Assembly (NCBI GenBank): GCA_965116165.1
Contig: OZ220484.1
Location: forward strand, 3,250,090 to 3,314,089
Source of the DNA: Pseudomonadales bacterium
GTDB taxonomy: Bacteria > Pseudomonadota > Gammaproteobacteria > Pseudomonadales > Azotimanducaceae
Direction: 5' to 3'
DNA: 64,000 nt
Shown: positions 28,050 to 36,167 of the stretch, one piece after another
How positions within the stretch are numbered: position 1 is the first letter of the stretch
Layout of the letters: every line of letters starts with the position of its first letter
The notes under the pieces: generated by a model
Databases searched by the model: none
Told to the model about the DNA's origin: nothing
Seen by the model: the letters and a program-made list of their open reading frames with translations, nothing else
Translations under genes and position numbers: made by a program

Positions 28050-31000
28050 TTGCGGCGCGCGGCCTGCCGCGGCTGTCCGGGCGGGGCGCGAGCGCCTCGC
28101 GCGCGAACCCCTTGCCCCGTGTGCCCCCCCCCCCCCCCCCCCCCGAACGAATCCGGGCGCGGGGCTGAGCCGGTGGGCGCCCCCGGGAGAGCCGCCCGCC
28201 GCCTGAAGGCGGGACTCGCCGCTGCTCTTCTGCCGACCTTCGTCGCCACCCTCGCGCCCCAGGACGCGCAGGCGCAGGCCCCCACTCTTACCGCAACGCC
28301 GGGCGACGGGCAGGTCACGCTCAGTTGGACTCTGTCCAGCACCGGTGTGGGAACCAAGTGGGGGTACAAGATCAATGGCGGCGGATTTACCTGGGCTGGG
28401 ACGCCCCTCGCTATTCCAGGTTCCAACGCCGGCACCAGAGGCCACACGGTAACAGGCCTGACGAACGGAACCTCTTATCAGTTCATTGTCTACTTGCAGA
28501 CTGCGACCAATGCGGCGTACCGTCAAAGCAACCAGGTGAGCGCCACGCCGAATCCACCCACCGCCGGGGTGACGCTTTCGAAGACATCGCTGACGATGAA
28601 TGAGGGGAGCAGCGACACCTACACGGTGAAGCTGGACAAGGCGCCCACGGTGAACGTGACGATCACGGTGAGCGGCGCTTCGGGCGACGTGTCGGTGATG
28701 GGTTCGCCGCTGACCTTCACGCCGAGCAACTTCGGCACGGCGCAGACGATCACGGTGAGCGCGGCCCGCGACGGGGACACGACGGACGACACGGCAACGC
28801 TGACGCACGCGGCGTCGAGCACCGACACGGCCTACGGCGCCTCGCTCGAAATCGACGATGTGGACGTGACGGTGACCGACACGACGCCGACCTTCCAGCT
28901 GCTGACCGACCCGGCGGCGGTGACCGAGGGCACGGACATCAGTCTGACGGTGACCTCCGACAGGTCGATATTCGGCAACTGGCCGGTGCGCCTGACGCTG
29001 GCGGCCCGGAGTTCGAGCACTTTCACGGCGGCGGACATTGCCGGCACGCTGGGGCCGCGCGAGTTCACTGCGAACTTCGGCAGCACCAGCGCCTTCGGCT
29101 CCCCCGTCCCCGGCACGACGGGCACGGTGACCATCCCGACCAGCACCGACTCGGCCACCGAGGGCGCGGAGGCCTACCGGATCACGCTGAGCCAGAGGAC
29201 CACCTTCGTCAGCTACGCGGTCGGCACCGATGCGACCGCCGACGGCACCCTGAACGATGCGGCGGCGACCGGGCCGACCATCACTCTCACCGCCGCGCCG
29301 GGGGACGGGCAGGTGACGTTGTCCTGGACCTATACCAACGACGACGGGGAGGCTTTTGATCACTGGCGGTACGCGCAGAAGAAAGGCGGCGGAAGCTACA
29401 GCGGCCTGGGCGATGAGATTCCCGGCGGCAAGGCCATCCGAACGCACACCGTGACAGGTCTGGAAAACGGCGCCGCATACACTTTCAAGGTCACACGCGG
29501 AGTCACAAGCCCCCCACCTGTGAGGATCCAGACAACAGCACCTCCTTACTCCAACGAAGTCACCGCGACGCCGACGGCCGCTTCCGTTCCCGCCAGGCCG
29601 TCGGGGTTGTCGGCAACGGCGGGCAACGGGCAGGTGACGCTGACGTGGACCGACCCGGAGGACGATTCGATCACGAGGTATCAGGTGCGGCGGAGGAAGG
29701 GCAGCGACGCCTGGGGCGGCTGGACCGCCATCTCCGGCTCCGACGCCGACACCACGGCCCACACGGTGACGGGGCTGGACAACGACAGCGAATACCGCTT
29801 CCGCATCCGGGCGAGGAACGATTCCGGCTTCGGCGCGCAGTCGGCGGTGGTGACGGCCACGCCGACGGAGCCTGCCGGCACGGCGCCCGCCAAGCCGACG
29901 GGCTTTGGCGCGACGAAGGGCGACACGTGGATCTACTTGACCTGGACCAATCCGAACGACGCCAGCATCACCCGCTGGGAATACCAGCAGAAGACTGGGA
30001 GCGAGAACTACGGTTCATGGACACGGATGACGGGTTCCGGCGCGACCACGGTGAAGCATCAGATTACCGGTCTGACCAACGGCACGGTCTACAAATTCAA
30101 GATTCGTGCGGTGAACGGCAACGGCGACGGCGCGGCGTCGGACGAGGTGACGGCGACGCCGAATCCACCGACGGCGCCGGTGTTGACGGCAGCCACTTCG
30201 ACGACCAACCGGAATCTCACGCTCACCTGGACCCATGCCGGCTCGACCGCGGTCGATTACGTCGACGGCGGGGGCGCCAGCGCCCGCACCTGGTGGCAAA
30301 CGGGGCACCGGCTGAAGGGGTCCACCACCTGGACGGCGTACGGCGGGAACGTATCCACCGCGGGCGGCAATTCCCGGCGCACATCGTCGGCGACCCTCGG
30401 CCCCGCCACCTACCCGAACGGAGCATCGGTGGAGGTGGCGATTCGGGCATCGGCCGATTCCGATTTGCTGAACAGGGAGGGTGTCAAGGGCCCCTGGTCG
30501 AACGTGCGGACGGTCACCTACATGGACACCAACACCGCCGCGCTGACGTTTACCGGTTCGCCGGTGACGGTGGCGCCCGGTTCCACGGCCACCTACACGG
30601 TGGCGCTGACGAAGGCGTATGCGGGGACGCTGTCGATCGCGAGCGACGACACGTCGGCGGCGACGGTGAGTCCGCCGAGCCTGGCCTTCACCACCACCAA
30701 CTACAACACGGCGAAGACGGTGACGGTGACCGGGGTGGGCAACGGCACGGCGACGATCGACCACGCCTTCCGGCTGACGGGGGCCGCGGTGGATGCGATA
30801 CCGGACGCCGGCACGGTGGACGTGACGGTGGCCGCCGTGCCGGGCGTGACGGTCTCGCCGACCTCGCTGACGATCGACGAGGGCGGCAGCGGCGCCTACA
30901 CCCTGAGGCTGAACACGGCGCCGGCGGCGAACGTGACGGTGACGGTGGGCGGCGCCTCGGGCGAGGTGACGGTGGCGGGCTCGCCGCTGACGTTCACGCC

Positions 31001-32813
31001 GGCCAACCACGGCACGGCGCAGACGGTGACGGTCGGCGCCGGAGCCGACGCCGACACGGCCAACGACAGGGCGACCCTGACGCACACATCGGCCAGCACC
31101 GACAACGACTACGGCGCCGCGCTCGCCATCGACAGCGTCTCCGTGACGGTGAGGGACACGACGCCGGGCGCCCGGGGGACGGATCCGGCGGAGTCGCCGA
31201 CGGGCGGCATGACCTATCAGCAACTGGACGGCGCCGGCGGCCTGGCGCCCGAGCCGGTGGAGTACGCCCGGGAGCTGGTCGTGGTTCCGGCCGGCAAGAC
31301 GACCGTCAACATCAAGAGCCCGGTGGCCGCGGTGGCCACCGCCACCCGGCACCGGGTGGCGGCGGCGCTCGGGCGGCGCATCCTGGTGGACGAGTCGGTC
31401 CATGTCCGCCTGGCGCTGGGCGGGGGGATGGTGTTCGCCGAGGGGAAGAATGTCGGCGACATCGGGTGGCGCTGGTCCGCGAACCCCCTGAGGCCGCCCT
31501 CGTCGTGCACGATGGAGAATGGCGCGGCGTTCATCAATCCGGACCACGTCACGTCGGCGGGCAAGGCGATCGGGACATCCCTCGTCGCGGGGCGGGCGGG
31601 GGAAAGCGTCGCGGTCTTCCGGCTCGAAACGGGCGCGGACGACGATTTCGGCCTGGACCTCCCGAGCCGGGACGGGGGCAGACACCTTCCCCCCGAGGCG
31701 CGCGCCGTCGCCGGCGGCGGCCCGAAGTGCGGCACCCCCAATGAGCCCACGAGGATATTCGCCGACATCGCCGACCACCTGGCGGTGCCGGCGGGCGGGG
31801 GCGCGTACACGGCGGGCATCTCGCTGCACGGCGACGCGGACGACGCCCTGGCGGGCCGCAACGCGTCCGTGGCTCTGGGCGGCGCGGCCACCATCGTGCG
31901 GGTCGTCGACGGTCTGGACGCCGGGGTGGAGGCGGCGACCCAACCCGTTGTCGCGCACGTGGGCACCTCCCCGCAACCGTTCCTGTGGTTCCGGGACGCG
32001 GCCGCGGCCGGCGGCGTGACGGGCGCGGCGGTTCTGGGCTCGGCCAGGGCGACGATCGCGGGGAACAACCTCCACAATCCCACCACCGGCGGGATCGCCA
32101 CGGGGAGCGACCTGCTGCCCGACGGCAGCGTCAACCTCGCGGTTGAGGGGGACTTCTCGATCGGGGCGTTCAGCCTGGGGATTCCCGCGGACGCGGCGGA
32201 CCCGTCGGGGGTCTGCCCGGCGGCCGGCGCCGCGGGGTCGCCGGCGACGGGCAACCTGGCGCCGGCGGCCGGCGGCCCGCCGGACAGGGCGACGCTCGGG
32301 GGGCGGAACGCGGGGACGCACCATCTGTGCGTTCGGGTGGCCGCCGCGAACGGGGCCCCGATTCCGGCCGGGCTGTACCGCGGGACGGTCAGCCGCACCG
32401 GGGTCGGCGACGCCGACGAGACGCTGGCGACGGGTGTGATCGGCCGGATCCGGCGCAACGGGACGACGGCCCGGCTGACCTATCTGACCGCGTCGGGGAA
32501 GTACAACCAGCGCCTGATCATCGTCAACGAGGGGGCGCGCGACGCGAGGTACGACCTGGGCTCGCTGGTGACGGAGGCGGGGACGCGGGCGACGCCGACG
32601 GCGGCGGCGGTCGGCACGGTCCCGGCGGGCGGTCAGGTGGTGCTGCGGGTTTCGGACCTGGTCGAGTTCGCGGGTCCGCGTCGGCGGGCGTCGGCGACGC
32701 TGAGCGTGGTCGCGGCGCCGGGGGACATCCGGGTGGCGACGACCCAGGTGAACCTGCTGGACGGCAGCACGGACACGCTCCACATCCCGGTGCGCGGCGC
32801 CACGGTCAACTAG
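28050..32813 (+). CDS. Very large secreted/surface repeat protein (5 FN3-like domains, two Ig/Calx-beta-like ~105-aa modules, ~520-aa uncharacterised C-terminal region)
   Basis: Single 4.7-kb ORF with a Sec-type signal 'RRLKAGLAAALLPTFVATLAPQDAQA'. FN3-like units open with 'GDGQVTLSWT' (x2), 'GNGQVTLTWT', 'TWIYLTWT' and 'NLTLTWT', and contain 'HTVTGLxNGxxYxF'. Two similar modules lie at aa ~170-277 and ~930-1040. Start uncertain: TTG 28050 (reads through the C tract as Pro7) or GTG 28173 just before the signal peptide. Confidence 0.85.
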   Translation: MRRAACRGCPGGARAPRARTPCPVCPPPPPPPNESGRGAEPVGAPGRAARRLKAGLAAALLPTFVATLAPQDAQAQAPTLTATPGDGQVTLSWTLSSTGVGTKWGYKINGGGFTWAGTPLAIPGSNAGTRGHTVTGLTNGTSYQFIVYLQTATNAAYRQSNQVSATPNPPTAGVTLSKTSLTMNEGSSDTYTVKLDKAPTVNVTITVSGASGDVSVMGSPLTFTPSNFGTAQTITVSAARDGDTTDDTATLTHAASSTDTAYGASLEIDDVDVTVTDTTPTFQLLTDPAAVTEGTDISLTVTSDRSIFGNWPVRLTLAARSSSTFTAADIAGTLGPREFTANFGSTSAFGSPVPGTTGTVTIPTSTDSATEGAEAYRITLSQRTTFVSYAVGTDATADGTLNDAAATGPTITLTAAPGDGQVTLSWTYTNDDGEAFDHWRYAQKKGGGSYSGLGDEIPGGKAIRTHTVTGLENGAAYTFKVTRGVTSPPPVRIQTTAPPYSNEVTATPTAASVPARPSGLSATAGNGQVTLTWTDPEDDSITRYQVRRRKGSDAWGGWTAISGSDADTTAHTVTGLDNDSEYRFRIRARNDSGFGAQSAVVTATPTEPAGTAPAKPTGFGATKGDTWIYLTWTNPNDASITRWEYQQKTGSENYGSWTRMTGSGATTVKHQITGLTNGTVYKFKIRAVNGNGDGAASDEVTATPNPPTAPVLTAATSTTNRNLTLTWTHAGSTAVDYVDGGGASARTWWQTGHRLKGSTTWTAYGGNVSTAGGNSRRTSSATLGPATYPNGASVEVAIRASADSDLLNREGVKGPWSNVRTVTYMDTNTAALTFTGSPVTVAPGSTATYTVALTKAYAGTLSIASDDTSAATVSPPSLAFTTTNYNTAKTVTVTGVGNGTATIDHAFRLTGAAVDAIPDAGTVDVTVAAVPGVTVSPTSLTIDEGGSGAYTLRLNTAPAANVTVTVGGASGEVTVAGSPLTFTPANHGTAQTVTVGAGADADTANDRATLTHTSASTDNDYGAALAIDSVSVTVRDTTPGARGTDPAESPTGGMTYQQLDGAGGLAPEPVEYARELVVVPAGKTTVNIKSPVAAVATATRHRVAAALGRRILVDESVHVRLALGGGMVFAEGKNVGDIGWRWSANPLRPPSSCTMENGAAFINPDHVTSAGKAIGTSLVAGRAGESVAVFRLETGADDDFGLDLPSRDGGRHLPPEARAVAGGGPKCGTPNEPTRIFADIADHLAVPAGGGAYTAGISLHGDADDALAGRNASVALGGAATIVRVVDGLDAGVEAATQPVVAHVGTSPQPFLWFRDAAAAGGVTGAAVLGSARATIAGNNLHNPTTGGIATGSDLLPDGSVNLAVEGDFSIGAFSLGIPADAADPSGVCPAAGAAGSPATGNLAPAAGGPPDRATLGGRNAGTHHLCVRVAAANGAPIPAGLYRGTVSRTGVGDADETLATGVIGRIRRNGTTARLTYLTASGKYNQRLIIVNEGARDARYDLGSLVTEAGTRATPTAAAVGTVPAGGQVVLRVSDLVEFAGPRRRASATLSVVAAPGDIRVATTQVNLLDGSTDTLHIPVRGATVN
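28124..28144 (+). repeat. Homopolymeric tract, 21 consecutive C
   Basis: Counted directly: 7 C at 28124-28130, 10 C at 28131-28140 and 4 C at 28141-28144. By far the longest homopolymer I saw in the window (others are <=8 nt). Confidence 0.95.
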
Positions 32814-32875
32814 CGGATTCGCCGGACCAAGGCCCGCGCACTGTCCGGCTCGTGCGAATGTCGAACCGATACACC
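32813..32875 (+). repeat. MITE/REP-like family A, partial copy A2
   Basis: GCGGATTCGCCGGACCAAGGCCCGCGCACTGTCCGGCTCGTGCGAATGTCGAACCGATACACC. Starts at the stop codon of the giant gene and lacks the left terminal TTTGAC arm. Confidence 0.75.
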
Positions 32876-32907
32876 GCCATTCGACTTGCGCGCAGGATCG
32901 CAATGGA

Positions 32908-34191
32908 TCAATTTTGTTCCAAATCCTGCGCAAGGTATTTCCCCGCCACCCAATAGTGGTAGGCGGACCATATCTCCACCAGTCCACAAATCACCAGCGC
33001 ATAGCGCACGGATTCGTTGCCGAATCGGCCGCTCAGCAGGTCGGCGAAGAAGCCCACCGCAAAGGGGCCGAGGCCCAGGCCGATGATGTTGAGAATGAAC
33101 AGCAGCACCGCGGCGGCCAACGCCCGCATGCGCAACTCGACCAATCCCTGGGTTTGGGAAAAGGTTGTGGCTTGGTAGAAATTGCCGAACATGACCGGCA
33201 AGATCATGAGAATGAGCGCCCAGTAGGGGTTCGGCAGGAATAGGAGCAGCATGGAAAACGGCGTGATGGCCCCCAGTGCCACTGCCGCGACCCAGAGATA
33301 CCAGCGGCTGTCCCGCGCACCCAGGCGGTCTGCCAGATAACCGCCCCAGGCGATGCCTATGGCGCCGGGAATGCCCAACATCAAACCCAGCCAGGTACCG
33401 AGTTCGCCGGTTTGCATGTCGTGGATGCGGATGAAGAAAACGGGTATCCAGGCGATGAAGCCATAGCCGACGAAGGCGGTCAGCGCCCCCCCAAACGCCA
33501 TGTGCCGGAAGGTGCGTTTGCGCCACAGCAACGCAAAGGTGGCGAGGGCGGAAGGCATCTCGCCGGAATCCCGCCTACCCTCCGCGAACCCCCTGGTCGG
33601 TTCCCGCAACGTGAAGCGCACGACCAGCGCCAGCAACAGGCCTGGAATGCCCACGACGAAAAAGGCGGCACGCCAGCCGAAGAATTCGTTCATCCAGCCG
33701 CCGGCCACGAATCCGAAAAGGATGCCGAGGGGAATGCCCAGGGAATAGATGCCGAGCGCCGTGGCGCGCCGCTCCGGGGGATAGTGGTCGGCGATCATCG
33801 AGTGCGCGGGCGGGCTGCATCCGGCTTCGCCAACACCGACACCGATGCGCGCCAGCAGGAGATGCCAGAAATTGAGCGCCAGCCCGGATATTGCCGTCAT
33901 CGTGCTCCAGACGGCGACCGCCAGCGCGATCAGGTTGCGGCGGCTATGACGGTCCGCCCAGCGGGCGATGGGAATACCCAGGGTCGCGTAAAAGAGTGCG
34001 AAGGCGAAACCGCTCAGGAGGCCGAGTTGGGTGTCGCTGAGCCCGAGATCCAGCTTGATGGACTCCATCAGGATGGAGAGTATCTGGCGGTCGACGAAGT
34101 TGAAGGTATAGACCACCACCAGCACGCCCAGCGCATAGGCGCGGAATGACGGGGGTGCGCCGGTCTCGGTGCGATGCGCAACTTTTACCAC
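32908..34191 (-). CDS. MFS transporter (spinster-like subfamily)
   Basis: 427 aa, ~12 TM. 'VVYTFNFVDRQILSILMESIKLDLGLSDTQLGLLSGFAFALFYATLGIPIARWADR' is typical of the MFS_1/spinster-like N-terminus. Confidence 0.85.
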   Translation of the reverse strand: MVKVAHRTETGAPPSFRAYALGVLVVVYTFNFVDRQILSILMESIKLDLGLSDTQLGLLSGFAFALFYATLGIPIARWADRHSRRNLIALAVAVWSTMTAISGLALNFWHLLLARIGVGVGEAGCSPPAHSMIADHYPPERRATALGIYSLGIPLGILFGFVAGGWMNEFFGWRAAFFVVGIPGLLLALVVRFTLREPTRGFAEGRRDSGEMPSALATFALLWRKRTFRHMAFGGALTAFVGYGFIAWIPVFFIRIHDMQTGELGTWLGLMLGIPGAIGIAWGGYLADRLGARDSRWYLWVAAVALGAITPFSMLLLFLPNPYWALILMILPVMFGNFYQATTFSQTQGLVELRMRALAAAVLLFILNIIGLGLGPFAVGFFADLLSGRFGNESVRYALVICGLVEIWSAYHYWVAGKYLAQDLEQN

Positions 34192-34223
34192 GGGTTGCTG
34201 GCGCTTACACCCTGGGCGGACGG

Positions 34224-34559
34224 CTACTTCTTGCCCCTATCGCCCGGAACCGGCATCGGGAAGGGCGTGACGTTCCCGCCTGTGGTTTCGGTGACCTTGG
34301 CGATGCCTTCCTTCTCCACCTCGTCGATGCGAATCACGGCATGCATTGGGATAAAGCTGCGCTGCACCCCCTCGAACTCGGTGCGCAGCTTGTCTTCGCT
34401 GGGGTCGATAACGACCTTGGTGCGCTTGCCGAAGATGTAGTCCTCCACCTCGATGAACCCGTAGAGGTCGCTGGAGTAGATGTTGTGGGCATAGACCTCG
34501 TAGATCTGGCCCATGCAGTGGAACAGCACCTTGTAGATATGGGTTTGATTGTCGCTCAT
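34224..34559 (-). CDS. DUF1820 family protein
   Basis: 'YKVLFHCMGQIYEVYAHNIYSSDLYGFIEVEDYIFGKRTKVVIDPSEDKLRTEFEGVQRSFIPMHAVIRIDEVEKEG' closely matches my memory of the DUF1820 consensus. Confidence 0.8.
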   Translation of the reverse strand: MSDNQTHIYKVLFHCMGQIYEVYAHNIYSSDLYGFIEVEDYIFGKRTKVVIDPSEDKLRTEFEGVQRSFIPMHAVIRIDEVEKEGIAKVTETTGGNVTPFPMPVPGDRGKK

Positions 34560-34672
34560 GGGCTCTATATAGGTGCAACGGCACGGGGTTGCAACCCGTT
34601 GTGCGAGCTTAGGGGATGTGAGATTAGGAGGGTAGTCCCCGATTGTTTAACGAAGCAAAGCCGCCAAGCCAG

Positions 34673-36064
34673 TCAGCCCAAGGCCCTCGACAACAGCTTC
34701 GACAACCTCGGTTTGTAGTCGCTGTGGCGAGTCACGATATCCGCACAATCAACGTTTTTGATGTTCAGCGCCCCACATTCGATTGGACCGGAGCCGATGG
34801 CTTCGCCGAACCAAGGGTTGGCGACACGATACGGCTTGCGCAGTATCTGGTCGTTGCGCGAATAAAAGTTCCATATCGTACCGGATACCGCGGACGCCGC
34901 CTTTTCCCATTCCTCGGCGTTGCGGCGATCAACCGCCCCGCCGAACAGGAACACATCCTTGATGGACCCTGTCTTGGGTTTTTCTGCAAGATTCAGGAGA
35001 GTGATAAAAATTGTCCGGGCACCCAGGGAATGCCCCATCAAGGTCACAGCTTCTGCGTCGTAGCGAGCTAGCATATCGGCATTCATTGCACCGACCTCAC
35101 TGGCCTTGCGCAGGGCGATGTGCCAAGGGTTTTCGAATGGTATTTTCAGTACTTTGGTTATAGCGACAGCATCGCGAGGATTCTTTGGTGCCAAAATCTC
35201 AAACAACCTCGACATGTTTTTCTCGCCCGAGAGAAATTTTTCCACTTTGGAACGGCGTCCGCTTTCCCAAGTCACGCCGTAAGCGCTCGAATTCGGGAAG
35301 TATCCCGATGTTCCTCGCCGCCAATCATCGAATTTGTCGTCGTCCTGTTGACGAAAGCCATTTACAAACAACAAGCTGTCCTGCTTACCTTCACGCAGCC
35401 TATTGATTGCGTAATCCTTGACGGTGCCGAAATATGCCTGGGCCACCGATCCGCCAATATCGCTCCCGAGAGCCGCCCCGGTCACCCCTATGACTCCCAA
35501 ACCGCGCAACACAGCGCCGCCGCCCGCAGCGACGGCCCCTCCACCGATATAGGCGAGCGATGCGCTTTTCAGCGCCGCTCCGCTCAGCGTACGTATTGCT
35601 GTGCCGGTTGACGCGGTCCCCAACAGACCCATTGCTCCCAGCCTGGCGGCCAAAGCGGGCGCCAAGGGGAATGCCAGGGCAACTGGCACGGAAGCCAAGG
35701 CTAGAAATACAAGGATACGCTTGGACAGCTTCCGCATGTCTCTGGTTTCCCGTGTGAAGAACTCGTTCCATTCAACAAGGTCTCGTAGTCGGACAGCCAA
35801 TTTCTCGAATGATCGAATTTCACCTCCGTGCTCCGCACACCACATTTTTGCCGTAAGGCGGTTTTCATCTTTCTTCTTCCTCTTTGGAAAAACTGCCATG
35901 TGGAGGCACCCCGGGACACAGCAACGCACCGTGGACGCCGAGCAATGTGTGCATTGGTGCTTCTTCCTACCGGGCTTTCTGAAAATCCCGTTTCTGTCAT
36001 CAATGGCTTGATGGACTGTCTTGAGCAAGCATTTGGAGCAATAAGCGGTAATCTCGTTGTTCAT
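34673..36064 (-). CDS. Zn-ribbon / glycine-zipper TM / DUF726 (TMCO4-like) alpha-beta serine hydrolase
   Basis: 463 aa. N-terminal Cys clusters (CSKC..CTHC..CCVPGC..C..H). Gly/Ala-rich TM region ('GGGAVAAGGGAVLRGLGVIGVTGAALGSDIGG'). Nucleophile elbow 'LMGHSLGAR', then 'NFYSRNDQIL' and 'KNVDCADIVTRHSDY', mirroring the Ser/Asp/His blocks I recall for DUF726/TMCO4. Confidence 0.75.
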   Translation of the reverse strand: MNNEITAYCSKCLLKTVHQAIDDRNGIFRKPGRKKHQCTHCSASTVRCCVPGCLHMAVFPKRKKKDENRLTAKMWCAEHGGEIRSFEKLAVRLRDLVEWNEFFTRETRDMRKLSKRILVFLALASVPVALAFPLAPALAARLGAMGLLGTASTGTAIRTLSGAALKSASLAYIGGGAVAAGGGAVLRGLGVIGVTGAALGSDIGGSVAQAYFGTVKDYAINRLREGKQDSLLFVNGFRQQDDDKFDDWRRGTSGYFPNSSAYGVTWESGRRSKVEKFLSGEKNMSRLFEILAPKNPRDAVAITKVLKIPFENPWHIALRKASEVGAMNADMLARYDAEAVTLMGHSLGARTIFITLLNLAEKPKTGSIKDVFLFGGAVDRRNAEEWEKAASAVSGTIWNFYSRNDQILRKPYRVANPWFGEAIGSGPIECGALNIKNVDCADIVTRHSDYKPRLSKLLSRALG

Positions 36065-36167
36065 GTTGTTTGCTATCCGATTATCAACACAATTGGGGCC
36101 GTACTATCGGTCAATGCCGTTGTGGTGCGCTTGTGGAGAAAAAATAAAGTGTGGATAGGCGGGTAAC

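Noticed and set aside
27984-32987. Very long ORFs overlapping the giant gene (27984-29762 minus, 592 aa; 30015-32987 minus, 990 aa; 29645-31744 plus, 699 aa)
   Set aside because: They are extremely Arg/Gly/Pro/His-rich with no domain-like motifs. This is the expected off-frame or antisense artefact of a ~73% GC gene. The sense frame has clear FN3 periodicity and a signal peptide.
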